64,000 bases of DNA from a virus: the IMG/VR virus record IMGVR_UViG_3300027747_004722, positions 1 to 64,000 of that record; one strand, 5' to 3'. This document shows positions 1 to 9,124 of the stretch, piece by piece. The notes below the pieces were generated by a model. The model saw only the letters and a program-made list of their open reading frames with translations. It was not told the DNA's origin and ran no database searches. Every line of letters begins with the position of its first letter. The stretch's first letter is position 1. The translations under genes and the position numbers were made by a program.

Positions 1-652
1 TTATTGGAAATGTCAATAAATTTCCATTTGTCATTTGTGCGCTATCTGCACCGGCAGTAAATTGACCACGAAGATGTCCCAGTACAGCATAAGGGAAGTT
101 GTTGCCAGTTGTTATGCTTGAACTTTGACTGGAATAACTGCTGGTGCCTGCATAGTTGGCCGCTGCCACTCTGAACACATATGATGTCTTTATGGCTAGA
201 TCAAAAAGTTCTATTTTTCCTGCTGATATGGGCTTGCTCACAGATGTCCAGGTAGAACCACCATTGGTCGAAAACTGCGCCAAATAATTTGTTATTGGTC
301 CACTGGGTGCGGTGAAATCTAAAGAAACATATTTGCTCCCTGAAAGCCCCAAAATAGACGGAACAACATTTGATGGAGCCGAAGGGGCTGTAAAGTCTGC
401 TGAATTTATAGAGTTTACAGCAACATTCAAATAAGCGGCGCCAATGTCGCATCTTGGTTTTAACCCCTGAGCCAAATAGTTGACATAAGCCGCCCCCACA
501 TGATATTCGTTCCTAGATATATTTAAATTAGAGTCGGGCCACTTATTGTTATTTATATGGTTGTTGATCTCGTTCAGGTTCCACAAGCCATCTAGGTTGG
601 TGGTTCGTGTTGGGTCTTTTGGATAAACAAAATTTTTGCCTGCTCTGTTCAT
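1..652 (-). CDS. FN3-domain tail-fibre-associated protein (runs off window edge; not in ORF track)
   Basis: ATG at 652 overlaps the TAA of the upstream gene. Manual translation gives MNRAGKNFVYPKDPTRTTNLDGLWNLNE...APSAPSNV...ITNYLAQFSTNGGSTW...SYVFRVAAANYAG, an FN3 signature. Confidence 0.8.
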   Translation of the reverse strand, partial: MNRAGKNFVYPKDPTRTTNLDGLWNLNEINNHINNNKWPDSNLNISRNEYHVGAAYVNYLAQGLKPRCDIGAAYLNVAVNSINSADFTAPSAPSNVVPSILGLSGSKYVSLDFTAPSGPITNYLAQFSTNGGSTWTSVSKPISAGKIELFDLAIKTSYVFRVAAANYAGTSSYSSQSSSITTGNNFPYAVLGHLRGQFTAGADSAQMTNGNLLTFPI

Positions 653-1011
653 TAGCTGATCCTCTCATAGCTAACAAACCCGCTCAGATCACCAGCGGCA
701 CTTGCTGTTAGTCTTATGCTTTGACCTTCTGTTATGTACACTGGCGAGCCTGCCGTTATAATATTGATCGACCCACCAGCGCCAACAACGGTGTTTTTTA
801 CCAAGTATGATAATACGCTGGTGCCGTTGTGCAGATCGGCAGTTATATTGGCGCTGTTCGTTCCATCAATATTGCTCACGTAAAGACTATTTATTTTCAG
901 CACTTGATTGCTATTACAAGTCACTATAGCCCCAGCACTTGTAGAGATGTCGGCGATGCTGGCATTTTCGCCCAATACCGTTGTGAGACTTTTAAGATTA
1001 ACATTAGCCAT
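652..1011 (-). CDS. Small beta-rich virion/tail-fibre-associated protein
   Basis: 119 aa with 'KINSLYVSNIDGTNSANIT'; sits in the fibre gene cluster. Confidence 0.65.
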   Translation of the reverse strand: MANVNLKSLTTVLGENASIADISTSAGAIVTCNSNQVLKINSLYVSNIDGTNSANITADLHNGTSVLSYLVKNTVVGAGGSINIITAGSPVYITEGQSIRLTASAAGDLSGFVSYERIS

Positions 1012-1022
1012 AATTTTCTCCT

Positions 1023-1439
1023 TTATGTGTAATAATATAGTCCATAAATGCTATTGTTTATTGATCCTATGTAGTTTAAATTCATCACATTGTATGCGTA
1101 TCCAACACTGATCGGTGTTATTGCTCCGGTTTGAGTTGAGTAAGAACCGATTCCGGCAAAGTTAACGGCGGCCACCCTAAAAACATAACTCGTTCCAGTC
1201 GTCAGGTCCGTAACCGTTGCGGAAGTCGTTGTAGAGACGCCATCAGAGAAAGTGATCCATGTTGCGCCGCCGTCAGAGCTGTACTGTACGACATAGTCCG
1301 TTATTGCGCTTCCGCCGTTGTCGCTCGGTGCAGACCAAGACAATGATATCTGTGCGTTTCCGCTGACGCCGGCCACTTCCGTGGGCGCCTTTGGTGTCAA
1401 GATGGTTTTTTTCAGGAATGAAAATCTTGCTGAAAGCAT
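1023..1439 (-). CDS. Fibronectin type III domain protein
   Basis: PKAPTEV...LSWSAPSDNGGSAITDYVVQYS...YVFRVAAVN. Confidence 0.85.
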   Translation of the reverse strand: MLSARFSFLKKTILTPKAPTEVAGVSGNAQISLSWSAPSDNGGSAITDYVVQYSSDGGATWITFSDGVSTTTSATVTDLTTGTSYVFRVAAVNFAGIGSYSTQTGAITPISVGYAYNVMNLNYIGSINNSIYGLYYYT

Positions 1440-1442
1440 AGG

Positions 1443-4256
1443 TCAACTGAAATTCTGGGAGGCCGCGCCATACCAATAAGTCCCGTCAGACACGAACGTC
1501 AAGATATCGATCTTGCCCGCGCCTGTCGTGATCGTGGGTGCCGTTCCGCCAGCCCATTTGACGCTGGTGAATGTCGCCGTGAACGAACCGTTTTGCGTCA
1601 AGAACAAGGTGAGCGACGCACCAGCCGACGCGCTGGGCATGGCGAATGTGCAACTGGCAGACAGCGTGACGGTTTGAACTGAACCACTGGAGAGCGACAG
1701 CGTGAGAGCAGACCCGCTGTTGCCGACGCTCACTGCTTTCTCGACAATAACCGGCAATCGCGCAATGTTTAACGTGCCGCTGCTAATGTTCGACGCGTTG
1801 GTCGTATCAGTTGTGGCGCTGGTCGCCAGACCGCTGACCGCACCCGCTGATATTGCAATGGCCGTCGTGCCTGCGGAAGTCACCCTGCCGTCCGACCCGA
1901 CAGTGAACGTGGCGACAGACGAGGCCGAGCCGTAGGAGGCGGCAGTAACGCCCGACGCGGCAATCGACGGATTCGGGTACGTCCCGGCGAGCGAGCCGCC
2001 AGCCGAGCCGGTCGGGGTCCGCGAGTCCGAGAGCCGCGAATCATTGCCCTGACAAAATGTGTTTGCAGTTGTACCGAACGCGCCGGTTGTAAGCACACCA
2101 GAAGTGGTCGTAATGACTGGGAGATTTGCGGTACTCCCAATAGCGCCGGCATTGGTAATGTTGCCGTGCGTGTGCGACGATGCCGCTCCAGCAGTTGTTT
2201 GAGTTGTGTTGTCCGAAAATGTTATGCCAGCATTAGAATCTACTATTTTTAGCGAATTAACATAGGTTTTGTTTGGCGAGTTAGCCGTGATGCCGGAGCC
2301 GATAATGTGGGCGTTAGATTGATTGTTGGTGTTGTTGTTGTGGCCGCCAAGGACTGAAGAGTAGTCGCCGCTCGCGGTGTTGAGCCTGCCGCCGCCGACG
2401 GTGCTGCGGTTGCCGCTGGCGGTATTAACTTTGCCGCCGCCTACGGTGCTGATGTATGCACTTGCGGTGTTGCCCACGCCGCCGCCGACAAAACTCCCGT
2501 ACCCGCTTGCGGTGTTGTTGAAGCCGCCGCCGATAGTGCTGTAGTCGCCGCTCGCGGTGTTGACCCTGCCTCCGGCGACGGTGGCACAGCCGTAGTAGCC
2601 GCTAGCGGTGTTGCCGCGGCCGCCGCCTACGGTGGAGTCGCCGTAGCCTGCGCCCACGCCGACGGTGGCGGTGTTGTACCTTCCGCCGCCTACGGTGCCG
2701 TAGTTGCCACTGACGGTGTTGTTTCGGCCGCCGCCGACGGTGCTGCGGTCGCCGCTGGCGGTGTTCTGCTCGCCGCCGACGACGGTGCAACTTATGCCGC
2801 TGGCGGTGTTTTCAAAGCCGCCGCCGATGATAGACGTGTGATTACTGACAGTGTTGCCATAGCCTCCGCTGATAACACTGCTTCCACAACCATCGGCCAC
2901 AGTGTTGTTAAAACCACCTCCGATAAACGCACCAACACCGTTTGCACTGTTATGCGAACCACCGCCGACGGTGCTGTAGGTGTTGCTGGCGCTGTTGCTT
3001 CTGCCGCCGGATACGGTGCTGTAGTTGCCGCCGGCGGTGTTGCTTAAGCCGCCGCCGATGATGGCAGCAGAGCCGCTGGCTCCGTTAGTAAAACCACCGC
3101 CGACAAATGCACCAAACCCGCTTGCGGTGTTGCCTTGGCCGCCAGCGACAGTACTGCCAAACAGCCCGCTTGCCGTATTATGCTGGCCGCCGCCAACCGT
3201 ACCAAAGTCCGTATTAGCGGTGTTCTGCTCGCCTCCGCTAATGGTGCTGTAGTTGTTGCTGGCGGTGTTTTGTTTGCCGCCGCTAATGGTGCTGTAGTTG
3301 TTGCTGGCGTTGTTGCCAATACCGCCGCCGACGGTGCTGCGGTCGCCGCTGGCGGTGTTGTCTCGCCCGCCGCTGACGGTGCTGAAGTTGCCGTTGGCGG
3401 TGTTGAGCCTGCCGCCGCTGACGGTGCTGATGTAGCCGCTGGCGGTGTTGCTATAGCCGCCGCCGACGGTGCTGATGTAATTGCTGGCTGTGTTGTTTCT
3501 ACCGCCGCCGATGACGCTGCGTTCGCCGCTGGCGGTGTTGTTGAAGCCGCCGCCAACAGTGCTGCGGTTGCCGCTTGCCGTGTTGTTTCTGCCGCCGCCT
3601 ACGGTGCTGTAGTAGGCGCTGGCGGTGTTGCTCTGTCCGCCGCCGATGGTGCTGCGGGGGCCGCTGGCGGTGTTGAATCTGCCGCCGCCGACAAAACTAA
3701 AATCACCGCTGGCGGTGGCTTGGTAGCCGCCGCTGACGGTGCTGACGCCGCCGCTGGCGGTGTTGAATCTGCCGCCGCCGACAAAACTAAAATCACCGCT
3801 GGCGGTGGCTTGGTAGCCGCCGCTGACGGTGCTGTTGTAGCCGGCGCTGTTAAAAATGCCGCCGCCGATGGTGCCGTAGTCGTTTTGAGCGTGGTTGTTC
3901 CAGCCACCGCTGACGGTGCTTCGGGCGCCGCTGGCGGTGTTGAGCACGCCGCCGCTGACGGTGCTGACATAGGCGCTGGCGGTGTTGAGCACGCCTCCGC
4001 CGACGGTGCTGGCGTAGCCGCTAGCGTTGTTACGATCGCCGCTGACGGTGCTGTAAGTTCCGCTGGCGGTGTTTTCTCTGCCGCCGCCGACGGTGCTGAG
4101 GTCGCCGCTGGCGGTGTTGTTGCCGTTGACAGGTTGGATGCTGTTTGTGCCGGAACCGGTTGTGTACGGGCTAGATCCGCCACCACCGCCGGTGACAGAA
4201 GAGTCCAGTGTCGCGTTCTTGAGCGTCTTGCCGCCAAAATTGATTTCGTTTGCCAT
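1443..4256 (-). CDS. Tail fibre/adhesin with ~40 x 15-aa beta-solenoid repeats
   Basis: Repeat unit NTASGxxSTVxGGxx; C-terminal fibre-tip-like domain (VKWAGGTAPTIT...IDILTFVSDGTYWYG). Confidence 0.85.
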   Translation of the reverse strand: MANEINFGGKTLKNATLDSSVTGGGGGSSPYTTGSGTNSIQPVNGNNTASGDLSTVGGGRENTASGTYSTVSGDRNNASGYASTVGGGVLNTASAYVSTVSGGVLNTASGARSTVSGGWNNHAQNDYGTIGGGIFNSAGYNSTVSGGYQATASGDFSFVGGGRFNTASGGVSTVSGGYQATASGDFSFVGGGRFNTASGPRSTIGGGQSNTASAYYSTVGGGRNNTASGNRSTVGGGFNNTASGERSVIGGGRNNTASNYISTVGGGYSNTASGYISTVSGGRLNTANGNFSTVSGGRDNTASGDRSTVGGGIGNNASNNYSTISGGKQNTASNNYSTISGGEQNTANTDFGTVGGGQHNTASGLFGSTVAGGQGNTASGFGAFVGGGFTNGASGSAAIIGGGLSNTAGGNYSTVSGGRSNSASNTYSTVGGGSHNSANGVGAFIGGGFNNTVADGCGSSVISGGYGNTVSNHTSIIGGGFENTASGISCTVVGGEQNTASGDRSTVGGGRNNTVSGNYGTVGGGRYNTATVGVGAGYGDSTVGGGRGNTASGYYGCATVAGGRVNTASGDYSTIGGGFNNTASGYGSFVGGGVGNTASAYISTVGGGKVNTASGNRSTVGGGRLNTASGDYSSVLGGHNNNTNNQSNAHIIGSGITANSPNKTYVNSLKIVDSNAGITFSDNTTQTTAGAASSHTHGNITNAGAIGSTANLPVITTTSGVLTTGAFGTTANTFCQGNDSRLSDSRTPTGSAGGSLAGTYPNPSIAASGVTAASYGSASSVATFTVGSDGRVTSAGTTAIAISAGAVSGLATSATTDTTNASNISSGTLNIARLPVIVEKAVSVGNSGSALTLSLSSGSVQTVTLSASCTFAMPSASAGASLTLFLTQNGSFTATFTSVKWAGGTAPTITTGAGKIDILTFVSDGTYWYGAASQNFS
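2330..4120 (-). repeat. Degenerate 45-bp coding tandem repeat in tail fibre
   Basis: Recurring gccgccgccgacggtgctg...ccgctggcggtgtt; exact 84-bp duplication at 3661-3744 / 3751-3834. Confidence 0.9.
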
Positions 4257-4440
4257 GTTGTAAAACCCCGTTCCGAGAATGCCGTATCATTTTTGGGCGG
4301 GTTCGAGCCCTCTCTTCTAGACTCGCCCGCCGATGACGCCAGCGTCGCCGATATATAGAAACTTCGGCAGTATTTAAAAAGAAACTGGGCGGGGGTGCCA
4401 TTCCCTTGAATCGGCGGACACGGTCGCCCGCACTGCTGGA

Positions 4441-5025
4441 CTATCTCTTCCGAGCGGAGGAGCTGTACTTCCTCCATATCTCAAGGTCGAACTCGGCAAC
4501 GGACTTGCCGGAGCGGTCGGCCATCTGCAGGAAAATCTCCTCGAGCTCAAGGTACCTCCTGCCGGACGGGGTGGACTTGGGCACCTCCACACCGTTGGCC
4601 CTCATGTGCTTGAGGATGTGCGTGTCGAGGCCGGCGTGCCTGACGCCCCGGCGACTGTGCATGAGGAAGCACCTGGCGGTCTTGGGGCCGATTCCCCTCA
4701 CGGCCTCCAGGTCGGAGACGGCGCATCGCCGCAGATCGATCCCGCTCGAGGCCAACTCCAGCATGCAACGGGACTTGTTGTTGTAGCACCCTATCCCGTG
4801 GGAGCGGAGGGCCTCCGCGAGGCCGGAGCCGAAGCAGAGGACCATAGAGAACGGCGATTCGACCCCGAACCTGCGGCCGCCTTCCTCGAGCAGCCGACAG
4901 AGGTTGGCGGCGGCGATCTGCGCCTTCTTGCCGGCCGCACACACCCAGAACAGGAGGACGAGTTCCAGGCCGTCGTCGGATAGACTGAAGTCCGTTATGT
5001 TGTCGGGGTCTACCAGATATCTCAT
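4441..5025 (-). CDS. HhH-GPD DNA glycosylase/lyase, OGG2-like
   Basis: HhH VRGIGPKTARCFL (catalytic Lys), LDTHILK (Asp), RYLELEE...AEFDLEIW; start reassigned to ATG 5025. Confidence 0.75.
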   Translation of the reverse strand: MRYLVDPDNITDFSLSDDGLELVLLFWVCAAGKKAQIAAANLCRLLEEGGRRFGVESPFSMVLCFGSGLAEALRSHGIGCYNNKSRCMLELASSGIDLRRCAVSDLEAVRGIGPKTARCFLMHSRRGVRHAGLDTHILKHMRANGVEVPKSTPSGRRYLELEEIFLQMADRSGKSVAEFDLEIWRKYSSSARKR

Positions 5026-5042
5026 GAGAATGGGCCGGAACC

Positions 5043-5564
5043 TCAGGACTGGCCGCGGACGATATCGCCCACGCGGTCGTCCCTGCTCCTGAGCACGATG
5101 TCCGTGTTCAGCTTGTCCATCTCCTTGCGGACCATGTGGCCGCGGCTCATGGCGTTCTCGTGCGCCTTGTCCCAGGCCTTGAGGTGCTGCTTCAGGAGCG
5201 TCACCTTGTGCTTGGCCCCTATGATCTCCTTCTTGGCCTCGCACACGTTGGAGTCCTTCTTGGCGTTGGCCTCGGCGAGCTTGTCGGTGCATCCACCCTC
5301 CTTGCTCCTCTCGTAAGCCGCGGAGAAGAGGACGTCGTACTCGTACTCCTTGTAGGCGAGTATGGCCTCGGCCTCGGCGAGCTTCTGGCTGAAGTAGTCG
5401 TACCAGAGGGCGAGGTTCTCCATGAAGGCGTTGAGGCTTGTCTCGTTGAACGAGAGCCTGGAGTTGTCCAGCACCACCTCCTGTCCGCCGATCTTTATCA
5501 CGGTCTGGGCGTGCGGGGACAGGCGGTCGATGTCCGCCTTCGGTATGAGATCGGAAACTTCCAT
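5043..5564 (-). CDS. UvsY-like recombination mediator
   Basis: All-helical 173 aa with a TDK..EA..KKD pattern; adjacent to the helicase; UvsW-like gene in the same window. Confidence 0.5.
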   Translation of the reverse strand: MEVSDLIPKADIDRLSPHAQTVIKIGGQEVVLDNSRLSFNETSLNAFMENLALWYDYFSQKLAEAEAILAYKEYEYDVLFSAAYERSKEGGCTDKLAEANAKKDSNVCEAKKEIIGAKHKVTLLKQHLKAWDKAHENAMSRGHMVRKEMDKLNTDIVLRSRDDRVGDIVRGQS

Positions 5565-5565
5565 A

Positions 5566-7173
5566 TCAGCTGTTCTCCTCGAGTGGCGGACGCTCGTCGG
5601 GCTGGTCGGGATCCTCGTACCCCGATTCGGACGAGAAGCCCTTGATCTTGCCCTTGCCCACTATGGTCTTGACCTGGTTGTCCATGTCGGCCGCGCGTTC
5701 GGTCTTCTTGAAAGAGTATTCCTTCCAGATTTCGTTGTACCTGCTCTCGCTGATCTGCCTGATCTGGAGGGTCTTCTTGTCGAACTGGGCGTGGCAGGTG
5801 AAGCGGCTCCTGCCGTGGCGGTGCTTGATGACGAATATCCTGGCTATGCCTGCCTCCTTCTCGGCCTGCATCTGGTTTATGCTCCAGCATCCGTCCAGGG
5901 GCCTGATCTGGCCGTAGGAGTCCGCGAGGTTCGTGTCGTCGATGACGCCGTCGCCGAGGGCGGAGTCCTTCTTCTGGGCTTCCCTCGCGTCCTTGTTGGG
6001 CTGCATCGCCGTGAATATGCAGATGCCCTCCTCGGTGGCGAGACCCCTGAGGTCCCTCACGATCCTGTAGCGCGACTCCCATGTGGGCATGCCGGGCAGG
6101 TCCTTCATCTCGCCGATGTAGTCGATGACCAGCAGGTCGGGGACGAAGCCCACCATCTGGAGCTGCTGCATGTAGGCCCGCAGGGAGGCGACGCTCATGG
6201 AGCCGGCGGGGAACTGCTTTATCACCAGCATCCGCTTGTCCTCCTGCTCCTTGTTGAACTCGTCGAACGCGGTTTTGACCTTGTCCTTCATCTCCTGGAG
6301 CTGGTTGATGTCGACGTCGGCGAGCTGGGCGTCGAACCTCTCCGCGATCGCGTCCTCACCCATCTCCAGCGAGATATACAAGACCTTCTTCCCGAGCTGG
6401 ACGACGTTCTTTAGGGCGGCCCCGACGAGCGCGAGGCTCTTGCCGCTGCCGCTTAGGCCTATCCACGAGTATATCTCGCCCCTGTGGCACCCCCCGCCGA
6501 GCAGGGCGTCGTCGATCATCTCGAACCCGCTCGTGAATATCTCCCTCGACTCCTCCTCCTTCGCCATCCTGGCGTACCGCTCCTCGAAGGTCTCGAAGTA
6601 GTTCAGTCCCTCCTCGAAGTTGCGTTCGACGATCAGGGCCTTCTGCAGCTCCTCGCGGATGCCGTTCCAGGTCTCCTCGCTCTCGGGGGCCCTCTTGACC
6701 ATGGCTATCGACTTGTCGAACGCCAGCTTGAGGCTCATCAGCTTCGCGAAGTTCACGATCTTGTCGAGCAGGGACTCCCTCGTCTCCAGTCCCGGAACGA
6801 ACTTCTTGTAGATTATCTCCGTCTCCGCCAGGTACTGGAGTCGCACCCCCTCGTCCCTGTTCGCGGTCTTCTGCTTGACCTCCTGAACCACCAGTATCTT
6901 CGGCGGGACGGACTTGTAGGCGTCGACGTAATCGAAGAGGATCCCGCAGAGAGCCTGGTGCCGCTCGTCCGAGAAATACGACGGACTCATCAGGTCGCGG
7001 CACTGGTTCACGAACCAGCGGTCGTTCAGGAGGAGGCCGAGTATCAGCCTCTGGAAGTCCTCGTCCCAAAGGTACCGCTCGTCCTTCCTCGCGTCGGGGT
7101 TGGTCAGCCCCTCGAGCTCCGCGGCCTCGGCCGCGGTGAGTCCCGCGTTTTCTTCCTGCGTGCCGTCGTTCAA
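5566..7173 (-). CDS. Replicative DnaB/gp41-like helicase
   Basis: Walker A GLSGSGKS, YISLEM, LVIDY, TAMQ, KHRHG; probable TTG start at 7173 overlapping the guaC stop. Confidence 0.9.
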   Translation of the reverse strand: MNDGTQEENAGLTAAEAAELEGLTNPDARKDERYLWDEDFQRLILGLLLNDRWFVNQCRDLMSPSYFSDERHQALCGILFDYVDAYKSVPPKILVVQEVKQKTANRDEGVRLQYLAETEIIYKKFVPGLETRESLLDKIVNFAKLMSLKLAFDKSIAMVKRAPESEETWNGIREELQKALIVERNFEEGLNYFETFEERYARMAKEEESREIFTSGFEMIDDALLGGGCHRGEIYSWIGLSGSGKSLALVGAALKNVVQLGKKVLYISLEMGEDAIAERFDAQLADVDINQLQEMKDKVKTAFDEFNKEQEDKRMLVIKQFPAGSMSVASLRAYMQQLQMVGFVPDLLVIDYIGEMKDLPGMPTWESRYRIVRDLRGLATEEGICIFTAMQPNKDAREAQKKDSALGDGVIDDTNLADSYGQIRPLDGCWSINQMQAEKEAGIARIFVIKHRHGRSRFTCHAQFDKKTLQIRQISESRYNEIWKEYSFKKTERAADMDNQVKTIVGKGKIKGFSSESGYEDPDQPDERPPLEENS

Positions 7174-8213
7174 TTGGCTCCCCGTTCGAAAACAGTGTTG
7201 TGGGTCCTGTTCACCCTCACGAACTTGCAGCACCTGCTCAGGTCCTTGAGGTTCTCCGTGCCGACATATGTGCACGTGCTCCGAAGGCCCCCGAGTATCT
7301 CCTGCACAGTGTGCTCCACCGGGCCCCTGTACGGCACCTTCACGCTCCTGCCCTCGGAAGCCCTGTAGGGCGCCACTCCGCCGTTGAACCTGTCCATCGC
7401 CTCGCGGCTGCTCATTCCGTAGAAACTCATGGCCACCCTGCTCCCCTCCGCGTCGAGCTCCCACTCGGACTCGCACTCGTCGTGCCCGGCCAGCATGCCG
7501 CCGAGCATGACGAAGTCGGCGCCCGCGGCGAACGCCTTGGCGACGCATCCCGGCGTAGTACAGCCGCCGTCGGCCACGATGTGTCCCTTCAGCCCGTGGG
7601 CGGCGTCAGCGCACTCTATCGTGGCCGACAGCTGAGGATATCCCACGCCGGCCACGACTCGGGTGGTACACGCGGAGCCGGGACCTATGCCTATCTTAAC
7701 TATGTCCACGCCCCCGGAGAGCAGGAGTTCCTGTACCATCTCGGGGGTGCAGACGTTCCCCGCCATGATCGCCGACCCCGGGCACATCTCCCTCAGGACC
7801 CGGCACCTCTCGACGAAGAAGCGAGTGTAGCCGTTCGCGACGTCGAGGCACAGGAACTTGGGAGGGCCGCCGAAGAGGGAACAGAAGGAGCGGAGCCTTT
7901 CGAAGTCTTCGTCCTTTATGCCCAGCGTGTAGAACGCCGGGGTTCTGGAGAAGAATTCGACCAGTCCGCCGAGTTCGTAGTGCTTGTGAATGCAGGCCAT
8001 CATGCCATGCCCGTACAGGGCCTCCGCCATGGCGAAGGTCCCGACGGTGTTCATGTTGGCGGCAAGTATTGGGACGCCCTCCCACTCCAAATGGGAATTG
8101 AGGAAGCGATACCTCCTCACGAGGTTCACGTTGCTTCGGCTGGGCGATTCGGAGCGCTTCGGGCAGATGAGAACATCGGCGTAATCGAGCTTGACCTCGG
8201 ACTCTATCCTCAC
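7170..8213 (-). CDS. guaC: GMP reductase
   Basis: KLDYADVLICPKRS, LDVANGY, KIGIGPGSACTTR, GYPQLSA, ADGG, FYGMSS, YRASEG. Confidence 0.95.
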   Translation of the reverse strand: MRIESEVKLDYADVLICPKRSESPSRSNVNLVRRYRFLNSHLEWEGVPILAANMNTVGTFAMAEALYGHGMMACIHKHYELGGLVEFFSRTPAFYTLGIKDEDFERLRSFCSLFGGPPKFLCLDVANGYTRFFVERCRVLREMCPGSAIMAGNVCTPEMVQELLLSGGVDIVKIGIGPGSACTTRVVAGVGYPQLSATIECADAAHGLKGHIVADGGCTTPGCVAKAFAAGADFVMLGGMLAGHDECESEWELDAEGSRVAMSFYGMSSREAMDRFNGGVAPYRASEGRSVKVPYRGPVEHTVQEILGGLRSTCTYVGTENLKDLSRCCKFVRVNRTHNTVFERGAN

Positions 8214-8234
8214 TTCTTGGCTCCTTGAGGCACA

Positions 8235-8263
8235 AATTTAACACCCCGCGAACTTTTAGTCAA
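8235..8263 (-). promoter_or_regulatory. Sigma70-like promoter for guaC/helicase operon
   Basis: TTGACT-N17-TAAATT with extended TG; AAGGAG SD at 8221-8226. Confidence 0.6.
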
Positions 8264-8283
8264 TGCTTTCGCTAGAATAACAC

Positions 8284-8562
8284 GTGCCAAGGAAGAAGAA
8301 ACTGGTCGACAAGGCCGCCAAGAAGAAGTCGGACGGCAGGTGCAAGTTCTGCGGGGAGGACAACTACTGCGTCCTCGACGTCCACAGGATCATGCCGGGC
8401 GAGAAGGGGGGCGAGTACGTGCCGCTCAACGTGGTCACCTGCTGTGCCAACTGCCACCGCAAGGTCCACGAGGGAAAGATCGGCGTCGACAGGATGTACT
8501 ACTCGACCATGGGCTGGGTTCTCCACTGGTTCGACGAGTCCGGGACGGAGCACTGGGATTGA
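8284..8562 (+). CDS. HNH endonuclease
   Basis: CKFC...DVHRI...NVVTCCANCHRKVH. Confidence 0.85.
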   Translation: MPRKKKLVDKAAKKKSDGRCKFCGEDNYCVLDVHRIMPGEKGGEYVPLNVVTCCANCHRKVHEGKIGVDRMYYSTMGWVLHWFDESGTEHWD

Positions 8563-8563
8563 G

Positions 8564-9124
8564 TCAGTCCTTGCCGCCGAGGTAGTCGTACTCGGAAAGC
8601 GAGACCATTCCCGTCCTGATGCTCTTCTCCCTCGTGATCTTCTTCCCGAGCGACTTCTGCGCGTTCCAGGTGATCGCCTTGCAATAGGTGATGAACTTGG
8701 CGTCCATGCGGAGGGCGGCGCGCCTGTCCGGCCTCTGCTTGTTGGGAACCAGCGACCTCACCAACTTCTCGAGCATCTTCTCCTGGTGCGGGCCGAACTT
8801 CTGCTTGTTGGCCCCGTGCCGGGTCTTGTTCTTCCACAGCCCCGCGAGCTGTTTCACGACGGACTTGATCACCTCGTCCTTGGCGCTCTTCTTGCAGAGC
8901 TCGAGGCAGTCCTCTATGTAGCACTGGCGCTTGTAGTACGACGCCGCGCGCAGCAGGGCTATCCGCATGTCCTGGGCTATGTCCTCCTGGCTGTCGGTGT
9001 GGTTGTTCCTCGTGTTCTTCTTGATTAGCTGCCACGCCTGGTACTCGCACAGCTCGCCGAACTTGTCGTTGAGGATGGCGTACTCCTCCTCCGTGACCGG
9101 GAACGAATCGTGTATGTGTTTCAT
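8564..9124 (-). CDS. Sigma-70 region-2-like protein with internal insertion
   Basis: EDIAQDMRIALLRAA resembles region 2.2; KFITYCKAITWN resembles region 2.3; about 70 aa lie between them. Confidence 0.45.
   Translation of the reverse strand: MKHIHDSFPVTEEEYAILNDKFGELCEYQAWQLIKKNTRNNHTDSQEDIAQDMRIALLRAASYYKRQCYIEDCLELCKKSAKDEVIKSVVKQLAGLWKNKTRHGANKQKFGPHQEKMLEKLVRSLVPNKQRPDRRAALRMDAKFITYCKAITWNAQKSLGKKITREKSIRTGMVSLSEYDYLGGKD

Noticed and set aside
2330-4120. Regularly spaced repeats resembling a CRISPR array or DGR repeats
   Set aside because: The repeats are in-frame, degenerate at codon third positions and lack unique spacers. No cas or RT gene is in the window.
3044-4477. Long alternative-frame and antisense ORFs (e.g. 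3135..4358 +, 3599..4477 -)
   Set aside because: They are by-products of the stop-poor 45-bp fibre repeat.
7174-7548. N-terminal extensions in the ORF track (helicase here; also epimerase, SbcC, gp13)
   Set aside because: They overlap neighbouring genes, and downstream starts with SD or stop-start coupling fit better.
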